The notes under the pieces: generated by a model
Seen by the model: only the letters and a program-made list of their open reading frames with translations
The model's database searches: none
What the model was told of the DNA's origin: nothing
Origin: Macrostomum lignano
Lineage: Eukaryota
DNA: 64,000 nt
NCBI GenBank assembly: GCA_002269645.1
Contig: NIVC01000094.1
Location: 372,001-436,000 of the forward strand
Direction: 5' to 3'
Made by a program: the position numbers and the translations under genes
Shown here: piece by piece, positions 26,114 to 41,678 of the stretch
Layout of the letters: each line of letters begins with the position of its first letter
Position numbering within the stretch: position 1 is the stretch's first letter

Positions 26114-29100
26114 TCAATATCCAGGATGGCGGAACTGACTGGTCCTGTGAAATGTGCTGCAGACTTTTCTCAGTGAATCTCGCGTCATGTCAAAATTGAC
26201 GTCGCGATGGTGCATGGGGTTCTGGCTGACGATGTCGTACAGCATGTTGCTGCCGGGCACCCGGCTGCACTTGGGCGCAGCGAAGAACTGCCTGTCCTCG
26301 TTTGGAGCGATGATCACCTTCTTGTAGAATGTGTCAGTTGGGATGAAGCGGCATTGGTCGAATATTTTCTGCTCCCGCTGCTGATGAAGCGTCGGGCTGC
26401 CGTTACCCTTAGCAGCAGTCCCCGCTTCCGAATTGTGCCAGCTCAGCAGTGGCAGCTCGTTCGACAGCCGTCTCATTTTCATTATGGATCTCGTTGTCTG
26501 TTGGTCTGAGGTTAAGTTACATTCATTTCATAAGGAGCAGTCCTACATGAGTCTGATGGGGGGGGACAGAGCAGTTCAGCGTTAAACGCGTCCCAATCTT
26601 CTGCCACGATTTCTTACGCATCAACATTTTCATTTTACGCTTGTGCACGAAAACATTGGCCAAGGGAGTTGTACTTTTGTACTAGATGGGCACTTTTTAT
26701 TTAGTGCAGAGCCAACCCCCAAGGCACAAAGTGTGTACAAGCCTTGCAATTAGAAAGTCAGGGCCGCTATACACCCTATATGAGCGTGTGGATGAGTTCA
26801 TGCCTGTGCACAGTAGCTCGTACCACTGAAAGTGAAATGAGTTCGCACGTGTCAACACAGTCCTCGCCACCCTTAACTGCAAGTACCACGTGCATGTATA
26901 CTGTCCGTCAAAAGTTCCTGAACCCTTGCTACGATGTCTTCTAGCGGACATAATTTCAGTCCGTTTCAATTGTAACTTGATTCAAATGAAAGCTGCGGAT
27001 CTCAGCTCCATGATGTGGTCAAGAAAAAGTTTATTCGAATGAGCGTGTGTGAACAGGCCAGTGTTATGTACATAAAGGTTAGAGAAAAAAAGTGAGGAAA
27101 AGACTAACAAGCAATTGTCTATGGTTGCTGAGTCTATAGAGCAAACACACATGGGAAGGAATCGGTTTGCGCGCAGTGTTCAGCCTGGCTAACATTAGTC
27201 TATGGCCAAAACTTGTGTTGAAATCAACAGGCTCTTATGGATTCTTGTGCAGTCAGCTTTCATGGAGAGTCAATTGCTTGTTTGTCTTTTCCTCACTTTT
27301 TTCCCTAACCTTTATGTACATAACACTGGCCTGTTCACACGCGCTCCTTCGAATAAACTTTTTCTTGACAACATCATGGAGCTGAGATCCGCAGCTTTCA
27401 TTTGAATCAAGTTACAATTGAAACGGACTGAAATTATGTCCGCTAGAAGACATCGTAGCAAGGGTTCCGGAACTTTTGACGGACAGTATAGTTCTTTTTG
27501 TAGCTCGTGCCCAAGTTAGCCTAGAGCTTAAGGACCAACCTACAATGTACACCAACTGAAGATGCGAAAGTCATGGGGATCGCTGTACACCCTGTCTGAG
27601 CTGCCTGGGTATAGCGGAATGGGCCCAGCTGTCTGCCTTCTGGCTTGGCTCCGGGTCCACTGGGTTCACTGTCGTCTTGATTGCGGCAGCACCTCTGGAA
27701 CTGGCTGACTGAGCTCTCACCGCATTGATTCTGCGTCGAATGACCTCCGCTGACTTCGGCCGACCTGTCAATCTCGTCTCGGGTGCGCGACTCCCTCACC
27801 GAAGTGATGGAGACACTTTTTCCTCCGAGTCGACGCGGCAGCGCCAGGCTCTGGCGACCGTAGCGCCAGCCGTCGGGCAGCTGGACGCTGCACTCCTCGG
27901 CGGTGTTGGATTCTGAGCCGCCGCCTAAAGCGCTGTTGGCCGAGTTGCTGGCGCCGCTGTTCAACTGGCGCGTTCGTCTGGCAAGGCTGCTGGCGGGGCC
28001 TGGCTGCTGCTGCTGACCAGGCGGCGTCGGCGTCGGTAGCTGTTGCGGCGACTCGCACTGCTGCTCCTGAGTCTCTTGCGTCTGCTCCTGCGGCTCCGGC
28101 TGCTGGCAGCGGTTGATAGAAGTCGCGCGCAACTGTCTGGCAGTCGAGTTAGCAGACGATCCGCCGCCGCCGACGCTGGCGCTGCCATTCCTGCTGTTTC
28201 TTGACGCGATGGAAACTGTCAGGCTGCGCTGCGCCAGTCGGCCTGTTGGTTTGAAGCCGGGGGGGGGCAATTCGTCAAGCTTACAGCTAATAAAAATATT
28301 AATTGATTAATTATAGTAGTTAATTACACCTTTTCCAATTGGGCCAGATGTGCAACCGACAGCTCAGCCGCAGCTATTGCGCGGCGCATCTGAAGGCTGC
28401 GTACGGCTGTTCAGTCCAAGGACTGGAGGGTCGCCACACACCCTCAAATACTCCAGCTAATGCTGGCACCCATTTTACAGCTGGCTGAATGGAAACAATA
28501 CAGAGTCAAAGTGTCTTATCAAGGACACAAACTGTTCTAGTGGGATCAGGAATCGAACCCCCGACCTTCGAGTTATGAGTTCGACGCTCTAACCACTAGG
28601 CTACAACCCCCTAGCTACTGACGCGTATTATACACCTTAGCCGTCAATTAACTCTTTATCTTGATTGACCAGTGTTTTAGAACACAAGTGCGTGCGATTA
28701 AAGTACATGCACATCTTCTGGGTTACTTTGTTTTTTTAAGGTTAGTAACTCAATGAAAATTTGATCACGAAATTGAGGATTGGCTTTCTGCTACATGGAT
28801 TTAGCCACAGATACTATAAACACTGTGTTTATAGGATCTGTGCTGTTAGCATTAGACGTGAAAAAATTAAAACTATTAATCTTTAACTGGCATCTCAGCA
28901 ACCCCCCCCCCCAGTGAGCCTTGTTGGCATCTCAGCAATTCCCCAATGAATGAGCCTTGTTGGCATCTCAGCAATTCCCCAGTGAGCCTTGTTGGCATCT
29001 CAGCAATTCCCCAATGAGCCTTGTTGGCATCTCAGCAATTCCCCAATGAGCCTTGTTGGCATCTCAGCAATTCCCCAATGAGCCTTGTTGGCATCTCAGC

Positions 29101-29568
29101 AATTCCCCAATGAGCCTTGTTGGCATCTCAGCAATTCCCCAATGAGCCTTGTTGGCATCTCAGCAATTCCCCAATGAGCCTTGTTGGCATCTCAGCAATT
29201 CCCCAATGAGCCTTGTTGGCATCTCAGCAATTCCCCAATGAGCCTTGTTGGCATCTCAGCAATTCCCCAATGAGCCTTGTTGGCATCTCAGCAATTCCCC
29301 AATGAGCCTTGTTGGCATCTCAGCAATTCCCCAATGAGCCTTGGCAGACAAACTTCAAAGGTTATTCAATCCGTTGTTCTACGAGCAGTCACGAATAGAA
29401 GATGACAAAGTTTCAATTGATCAAACTTGAGTAGTCTAAATCAGCGACAGTCCTGTGTTGAGAAGTCCAGCAGCTCAACTTACCAGACTTTGCCGGTCGA
29501 ATCGGCAGGGTTCGAGTCCGGCCCAGGATGCCAGCACTGACAAAGGTTGGTTTCTCAAGCTGCACCAT
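26114..29568 (-). CDS. Hypothetical protein, ~332 aa (exons 29568-29484, 28242-27721, 26505-26114)
   Basis: Three exons join in frame via phase-1 GT-AG introns (GTAAGT...CAG; GTGAGA...CTCAG), 999 nt in total, with GC-rich coding-like composition. No family recognised. Confidence 0.6.
26901..27486. mobile_element. Tc1/mariner-like foldback MITE with ~220-bp TIRs
   Basis: TA|CTGTCCGTCAAAAGTTCC...GGAACTTTTGACGGACAG|TA; arms ~26901-27120 and ~27268-27486 are near-perfect reverse complements. Confidence 0.88.
28335..28611 (-). mobile_element. tRNA-derived SINE with CORE-like domain (copy 2, best preserved)
   Basis: Reverse strand reads GGGGTTGTAGCCTAGTGGTTAGAGCGTCGAACTCATAACTCGAAGGTCGGGGGTTCGATTCC (A box, CAT anticodon loop, B box), then GTGTCCTTGATAAGACACT...CAGCTGTAAAATGGG. 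The body matches copy 1. Confidence 0.85.
28890..29345. repeat. 32-bp minisatellite (GGCATCTCAGCAATTCCCCAATGAGCCTTGTT)
   Basis: ~14 tandem copies in intron 1 of the orphan gene. Confidence 0.95.
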
Positions 29569-30024
29569 CTTCTCTGTCTCTGTCGAAAAAAGATTTTTCC
29601 GATCTAACAATCCGTCGGTTTAAAACTCTGACGCAATTTACTGAGATAAGCAGCTAAGTAGAAGGGGCTTTCAAGCCATAGACTATAGCCACAAGCCATA
29701 GCCACTCAGACTATTGGAGATAAGATTGAATTAGTAAATTTATATATGCATTCTACAAAGTAGACTTATTTTGATCCCAGATAGTCCATAATCCTAGTGT
29801 TTGATATAACTTTACTGTATGTATTTACAATTGTGTGCGTATAACCGTGTACATATGTACTTATATATGGACTGTAAACTGTTTATAGACCGTGGACTCT
29901 AAATTTAAAGTTCAATTAATACTCGTGTATAGAAGCAGCTAGTGCAATTTTAGGATGCTGATTTGCAGCATTTGCCATATGAGATGAGCAGTCTGAGTTT
30001 CTATGCGGTTGTGTAGCATGTGCG

Positions 30025-30268
30025 CCGGAACCGGACAAACCGGACCCGGACAAAGCGGAACCGGACAAACCGGACCCGGACAAACTGGAACCGGACAAAC
30101 CGGACCCGGACAAACTGGAACCGGACAAACCGGACCCGGACAAACCGGACCCGGACAAACCGGAACCGGAAAAAACAGAACCGGACAGACCGTAACTGGA
30201 CAAGCCAGAACCGGACAAACCGGAACCGGAAAAACCAGAACCGGACAAACCGGAACCGGAAAAACCGG
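30025..30268. repeat. 15-bp minisatellite (CCGGACAAACCGGAM)
   Basis: Tandem copies giving GQTGP/GQTGT periodic ORFs. Confidence 0.88.
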
Positions 30269-31559
30269 GATTGCAGCCTAATGATTGTGGAACGCAACCT
30301 TTGATGTAGTCATTAAAATATGTTTGTACTTTCAAACAGATCTGCTGCTTATCTAGAAGCGCGTGAGGAAAAGGATAACTTGGGATTATTTTGATAGAGG
30401 TGATTCCATTGCCCTACAAAGCCCTCACTGCAGCAGTGCATGCCAAATGTGTGAAATTGAAAACACAAAATCAAGCAACAACAGAAAATAAATTTCGCGC
30501 GTCTGTCACACTCGCCCGAGGTGACAATTTGAAATTTCCGACTCGCTTGGTTCCATAAATATTTATTTGTTTTCTGAAACAAAGAAAGATAGAATGAGGC
30601 CTATCCACTACTGCGAAGGCGGGTAGGTAAACTGACTAGATTAGTGTTGACTGGATTGACAAAAGAGTATGGGCCCAGGCCCTTAGGGGAGTTTCATGTA
30701 AAATCACACAATAGAATGAAATTACAGTTTCTGCAGGTGATAAACCTATGGCTACAGGCAGAATTTTGTGAATCTAGAAAAATAGAGAGGCAAAATAAGC
30801 GAGCGATACAGGGGGGGGGGCAGCTGGCAAAACGAGCCAGAAGAGCTTCAAAAAGGGGCTGCAGGCGACCGCAGCTGCTGCTTCACAACATCGAGGTTTT
30901 CAACGGACTAGAAAAGCAATTCGAGAGAAATCGTAAAAAAGAGACAATTTATACTACTCATTCAGGGTCAGTAGCCACATCAAAATATAAATAGTGCTTT
31001 TTGTTAAAAAAAAACACAGATTTTAATAACAAAAAGAACTAAGTGCTAAACAAGTTGATGAGCAAAGGCTAGAAGGGTTACAGTTGCGGTGGCTACTCAA
31101 AATTAATAAATACTAACAACATTAAAAAACCGCCTAATTGAATTAAAACAAAACAGCTAGATGAATATTCTGGAATTTTACACCCTTTAAAGCTGAATTG
31201 CCGATTTGAAAAAAAGGATAAAAATGAATTTCAGAGATTAGATGGAGTCTAAGTACGCAATAGCGATTGTTGCACAGTTTTTCAACCGACTAAAATCCTC
31301 AATTTGCAAAGTTAATAGGCTGATCAGGAGCTAAATATACTTGAGTAATCAGAATGTCACTAAGCATAGTTATTGGGTTTTAAGAAATATTGGACAACAT
31401 CAATTTTATTCATTTTCATTTTTTCGATCCCCATCTTAAGGTGCAGATCCCAAAGCCACTCATATTTACTCAAAATGCTCTCATATGCCTTCATTAAGAT
31501 TGCCATTTTGAAAAGTACTCCAACATTCTCAAAACTACCATTATCCCCCAAATCTACCC

Positions 31560-34500
31560 TAATATTCCAAAAACTACCCTAATATTCCCTAAACTACTTT
31601 TAAGTCCTCAAAACTATTCAATAGAATCTGCAGAGCTACTCAATAGAGCCTCAAAACTACTCAATAGAATCCTCAAAACTACTCAATAGAATCCTCAAAA
31701 CTACTCAATAGAATCCTCAAAACTACTCAATAGAATCCTCAAAACTACTCAATAGAATCCTCAAAACTACTCAATAGAATCCTCAAAACTACTCAATAGA
31801 ATCCTCAAAACTACTCAATAGAATCCTCAAAACTACTCAATAGAATCCTCAAAACTACTCAATAGAATCCTCAAAACTACTCAATAGAATCCTCAAAACT
31901 ACTCAATAGAATCCTCAAAACTACTCAATAGAATCCTCAAAACTACTCAAAAGAATCCTCAAAACTACTCAATAAAATCCTCAAAACTACTCAATAGAGT
32001 CCTCAAAACTACTCAATAGAATCCTCAAAACTACTCAATAGAATCCCAAAACTACTCAATAGAATCCTCAAAACTACTCAATAGAATCCCAAAACTACTC
32101 AATAGAATTCTCAGAACTATTTAATAGAATCCTCAAAACTACTCAATAGATTCCTCAAAACTACTCAAAAGAATCCTCAAAACTACTCAATAGAATCCTC
32201 AAAACTCAATAGAATCCTCAAAACTACTCAATAGAATCCTCAAAACTACTCAATAGAATCCTCAAAACTACTCAATAAAATTCTCAAACTATTCAATAGA
32301 ATCCTCAAAACTACTCAATAGAATCCTCAAAACTACTCAATAGAATCCTCAAAACTACTCAATAGAATCCCCAAAACTACTCAATAGAATCCTCAAAACT
32401 ACTCAATAGAATCCCAAAACTACTCAATAGAATCCCCAAAACTACTCAATAGAATCCTCAAAACTACTCAATAGAATCCTTAAAACTACTCAATAGAATC
32501 CTCAAAACTACTCAATAGAATCCTCAAAACTACTCAATAGAATCCTCAAAACTACTCAATAGAATCCTCAAAACTACTCAATAGAATCCTCAAAACTACT
32601 CAATAGAATCCTCAAAACTACTCAATAGAATCCTCAAAACTACTCAATAGAATCCTCAAAACTACTCAATAAATCCTCAAACTACTCAATAGAATCCTCA
32701 AAACTACTCAATAGAATCCTCAAAACTACTCAATAGAATCCTCAAAACTACTCAATAGAATCCCAAAACTACTCAATAGAATCTCAAACTATCAATAGAA
32801 TCCTCAAAACTACTCAATAGAATCCTCAAAACTACTCAATAGAATCCTCAAAACTACTCAATAGAATCCTCAAAACTACTCAATAAATCCTCAAAACTAC
32901 TCAATAGAATCCTCAAAACTACTCAATAGAATCCTCAAAACTACTCAATAGAATCCTCAAAACTACTCAATAGAATCCTCAAAACTACTCAATAGAATCC
33001 TCAAAACTACTCAATAAATCCTCAAACTATCAATAGAATCCTCAAAACTACTCAATAGAATCCTCAAAACTACTCAATAGAATCCTCAAAACTACTCAAT
33101 AGAATCCTCAAAACTACTCAATAGAATCCTCAAAACTACTCAATAGAATTCTCAGAACTATCAATAGAATCCTCAAAACTACTCAATAGAATCCCCAAAA
33201 CTACTCAATAGAATCCTCAAAACTACTCAATAGAATCCCCAAAACTACTCAATAGAATCCTCAAAACTACTCAATAGAATCCTCAAAACTACTCAATAGA
33301 ATCCCCAAAACTACTCAATAGAATCCTCAAAACTACTCAATAGAATTCTTAGAACTATTTAATAGAATCCTCAAAACTACTCAATAGAATCCTCAAAACT
33401 ACTCAATAGAATCCTCAAAACTACTCAATAGAATCCTCAAAACTACTCAATAGAATCCTCAAAACTACTCAATAGAATCCTCAAAACTACTCAATAGAAT
33501 CCTCAAAACTACTCAATAGAATCCTCAAAACTACTCAATAGAGTCCTCAAAACTACTCAATAGAATCCTCAAAACTACTCAATAGAATCCCCAAAACTAC
33601 TCAATAGAATCCTCAAAACTACTCAATAGAATCCCCAAAACTACTCAATAGAATTCTCAGAACTATTTAATAGAATCCTCAAAACTACTCAATAGATTCC
33701 TCAAAACTACTCAATAGAATCCTCAAAACTACTCAATAGAATCCTCAAAACTATTCAATAGAATCCTCAAAACTACTCAATAGAATCCTCAAAACTACTC
33801 AATAGAATCCTCAAAACTACTCAATAAAATTCTCAGAACTATTCAATAGAATCCTCAAAACTACTCAATAGAATTCTCAGAACTATTTAATAGAATCCTC
33901 AAAACTACTCAATAGAATCCAAAACTACTCAATAGAATCCTCAAAACTACTCAATAGAATCCCCAAAACTACTCAATAGAATCCTCAAAACTACTCAATA
34001 GAATCCTCAAAACTACTCAATAGAATCCTCAAAACTACTCAATAGAGTCCTCAAAACTACTCAATAGAATCCTCAAAACTACTCAATAGAATCCTCAAAA
34101 CTACTCAATAGAATCCTCAAAACTACTCAATAGAATCCTCAAAACTACTCAATAAAATCCTCAAAACTACTCAATAGAATCCTCAAAACTACTCAATAAA
34201 ATTCTCAGAACTATCAATAGAATCCTCAAAACTACTCAATAGAATCCTCAAAACTACTCAATAGAATCCTCAAAACTACTCAATAGAATCCCCAAAACTA
34301 CTCAATAGAATCTCAAAACTATTTAATAGAATCCTCAAAACTACTCAATAGAATCCTCAAAACTACTCAATAGAATCCTCAAAACTACTCAATAGAATCC
34401 TCAAAACTACTCAATAGAATCCTCAAAACTACTCAATAGAATCCTCAAAACTACTCAATAGAATCCTCAAAACTACTCAATAGAATCCTCAAAACTACTC

Positions 34501-35243
34501 AATAGAATCCTCAAAACTACTCAATAGAATCCTCAAAACTACTCAATAAAATTCTCAAACTATTCAATAGAATCCTCAAAACTACTCAATAGAATCCTCA
34601 AAACTACTCAATAGAATCCTCAAAACTACTCAATAGAATCCTCAAAACTACTCAATAGAATCCTCAAAACTACTCAATAGAATCTCAGAAACTATTTAAT
34701 AGAATCCTCAAAACTACTCAATAGAATCCAAAACTACTCAATAGAATCCTCAAAACTACTCAATAGAATCCCCAAAACTACTCAATAGAATCCTCAAAAC
34801 TACTCAATAGAATCCTCAAAACTACTCAATAGAATCCTCAAAACTACTCAATAGAGTCCTCAAAACTACTCAATAGAATCCTCAAAACTACTCAATAGAA
34901 TCCTCAAAACTACTCAATAGAATCCCCAAAACTACTCAATAGAATCCTCAAAACTACTCAATAGAATCCCCAAAACTACTCAATAGAATCCTCAAAACTA
35001 CTCAATAGAATCCTCAAAACTACTCAATAGAATCTTCAAAACTACGCAATAGAATCCTCAAAACTACTCAATAGAATCCTTAAAACTACTCAATAGAATC
35101 CTCAAAACTACTCAATAGAATCCTCAAAACTACATCAATAGAATCCTCAAAACTACTCAATAGAATCCTCAAAACTACTCAATAGAATCCCCAAAACTAC
35201 TCAATAGAATCCTCAAAACTACTCAATAGAATCCTCAAAACTA
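31560..35243. repeat. 22-bp satellite (AAAACTACTCAATAGAATCCTC), ~3.7 kb
   Basis: Roughly 165 tandem copies (length/22), ending ~65 bp from the ATP1B stop codon. Confidence 0.98.
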
Positions 35244-35309
35244 GTCCCAGATTCCAAAACGACTTTCAGATTGGAGTCCTCAGTCTGGTCGAGTTCGCAG
35301 CTTCACTCT

Positions 35310-39021
<3,712 letters not shown>

Positions 39022-39149
39022 GTCTCGCTGGGTGGCTGGCTCAGCAAATTGGCTGCAATGGCGTCGTGCTTGACGTGAAATGATTGAGCCAACTGACTAG
39101 TCCAGTTGTGGATAGAAAAATATATTGATTTATTAACTCATATATCTAT

Positions 39150-39224
39150 TTCGGTTGACTGGTTGGTTGATTGTCTGATTGATTGGCTGATTAATTGATT
39201 GATTGATTGATTGACAGATTGACA

Positions 39225-39258
<34 letters not shown>

Positions 39259-39467
39259 CAGATTGACTGATTGATTGGCTGATTGATTGATTGACTGATT
39301 TATTGATTGACATATTGATTGATTAATTGGCTGATTGATTGATTGATTGGCTGATTGATTGATTGATTGGCTGATTGATTGATTGATTGGCTGATTGATT
39401 GATTGATTGGCTGATTGACTGACTGATTGATTGATTGATTGATTGACAGATTGACTGATTGATTGGC

Positions 39468-39503
<36 letters not shown>

Positions 39504-39660
39504 TGGCTGATTGATTGATTGACTGATTTATTGATTGACAGATTGATTGATTAATTGGCTGATTGATTGATTGATAGATTGATTAATTGATTGACAGATT
39601 GATTGATTGATTGACTGATTTATTGACAGATTAATTGATTGATTGGTTGATTGATTGATT
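39150..39660. repeat. (GATT)n microsatellite upstream of ATP1B
   Basis: Degenerate tetranucleotide repeat. Confidence 0.95.
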
Positions 39661-40787
39661 AGCTAAGAAATCCTGAGGAGTTAAATTAAAACCGCCAAGC
39701 AAACAAAGCCACAGTTGTTTAATATCCCTAAAACATTGACTAAATTACTGACTGACTGGCTGACTGACAGCTTTATTGTTTGGATAGATGATTAGATTGG
39801 CACTACTGTAGTGTAAATTATTTAGCTACAGCTGACCAAAAGCTACCATGTGCATCAGCATAAGACCTGGACATTGTCAAGTACATTTTCATTACTACTG
39901 TTGTCCGACATGGCAATTGCTGAGATGCAGCAGCGGGCGCAGGATCCAAGTACAGCAGCTCAATTTACTGGATTGATTTGCTCAGTTGGAGCCCCGGAGC
40001 TCAGTGTGAATCGAGAGGCCAAGCAGATTAGTGCGAAACCCAATTTTCCCAACCTGGAGGCCGGGAGCGCAGTGGCGGGCGCGCGATAGGAAAGCAGAAC
40101 TGTAATTAATTTTCTACTACCCACCCTGCTCAGCTCTTGGCTGAAGTGCATTAAGTGAAGCTAGCCGCTCATTACACTGCATTCTGCTCTAGAAAGAAAT
40201 GGCATCCCCCAAATGCTGTAATTCAAGCCAATATGCATTGCTCCTCTCGGGTTGCAGTCCACACAATGCTGCAATGCTTTGACTTGCCACAAAGGATGCT
40301 GCTCAACCCCCTTCCCGACCACCCCACTCGCACAAGAAGAACCTGCAAAATTCCCTCCCTCGCTGCTTTATTCTTCCTTCTTTGCGGATACTCAGTGCAC
40401 ATGAAGCAGCCTGGGAGCTGAGGAGGTACGGGTGGAATGGAGAGAGAGAGAGAGAGAGAGGAAAAGAATTATTGGAATCGGTCTGAGCCGCGTGAGGATG
40501 AGACTCAGTCCCGGCAGAAAAAATGCAGAAAGAAGAGGAGAAAGAAGGGGAGGGGGTAGGAGAGAGGCAATCTCACGGGCTTAAGCTGCTCAACAGAGTC
40601 CCTATTCACATTTGTGTAGGACATATTCTCTGTGAGCGGGGCAGCACGCAAAACCCTGGTGATTCTTGTCTAGTGGGCGGGACGCGGAGCTGTCAAGGGA
40701 GAATAGAGAGGACGTGAAGGCGTCAAATCCTCATTGAGGAAGGGTGAAGTCTCGCTTTTGCTCTCTTGATAGACTACCAGGTGGTTG

Positions 40788-41678
40788 TTCTGTGCTCATG
40801 TGTGCCTGCTCAGGAGACTGGGATCTTGCATGATGTGCTCATGTGTGCCTGCTCAGGAGACTGGGATCTTGTGCTGTGCTCATGTGTGCCTGCTCAAGAG
40901 ACTGGGATCTTGCATGCTGTGCTCATGTGTGCCTGCTCAGGAGACTGGGATCTTGTGGTGTGCTCATGTGTGCCTGCTCAGGAGACAGGGATCTTGTGCT
41001 GTGCTCATGTGTGCCTGCTCAGGAGACTGGGATCATGTGGTGTGCTCATGTGTGCCTGCTCAGGAGACTGGGATCATGTGGTGTGCTCATGTGTGCCTGC
41101 TCAGGAGACTGGGATCTTGCATGCTGTGCTCATGTGTGCCTGCTCAGGAGACTGGGATCTTGTGGTGTGCTCATGTGTGCCTGCTCAGGAGACTGGGATC
41201 TTGCATGTTGTGCTCATGTGTGCCTGCTCAGGAGACTGGGATCTTGTGCTGTGCTCATGTGTGCCTGCTCAGGAGACTGTGATCATGTGCTGTGCTCATG
41301 TGTGCCTGCTCAGGAGACTGGGATCTTGTGCTGTGCTCATGTGTACCTGCTCAGAAGACTGGGATCTTGTGGTGTGCTCATGTGTGCCTGCTTAGGAAAC
41401 TGGGATCTTGTATGCTGTGCTCATGTGTGCCTGCTCAGGAGACTGGGATCTTGCATGTTGTGCTCATGTGTGCCTGCTCAGGAGACTGGGATCTTGTGCT
41501 GTGCTCATTTGTGCCTGCTTAGGAAACTGGGATCTTGTATGCTGTGCTCATGTGTGCCTGCTCAGGAGACTGGGATCATGTGCTGTGCTCATGTGTGCCT
41601 GCTCAGGAGACTGGGATCATGTGCTGTGCTCATGTGTGCCTGCTCAGGAGACTGGGATCTTGCATGCTGTGCTCATGT
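40788..41678. repeat. 41-43-bp minisatellite (TGTGCTCATGTGTGCCTGCTCAGGAGACTGGGATCTTGTGC)
   Basis: ~21 tandem copies with length variants. Confidence 0.95.

Noticed and set aside
28550-28611. tRNA-Met gene
   Set aside because: A/B boxes and a CAT loop are present, but there is no matching 3' acceptor strand and the sequence continues into a shared SINE body
29916-30335. SGSGL / GQTGP repeat ORFs as a collagen-like or antifreeze-like protein or an upstream exon
   Set aside because: Pure 15-bp DNA repeat open on both strands; no signal peptide or convincing splice sites linking it to a gene
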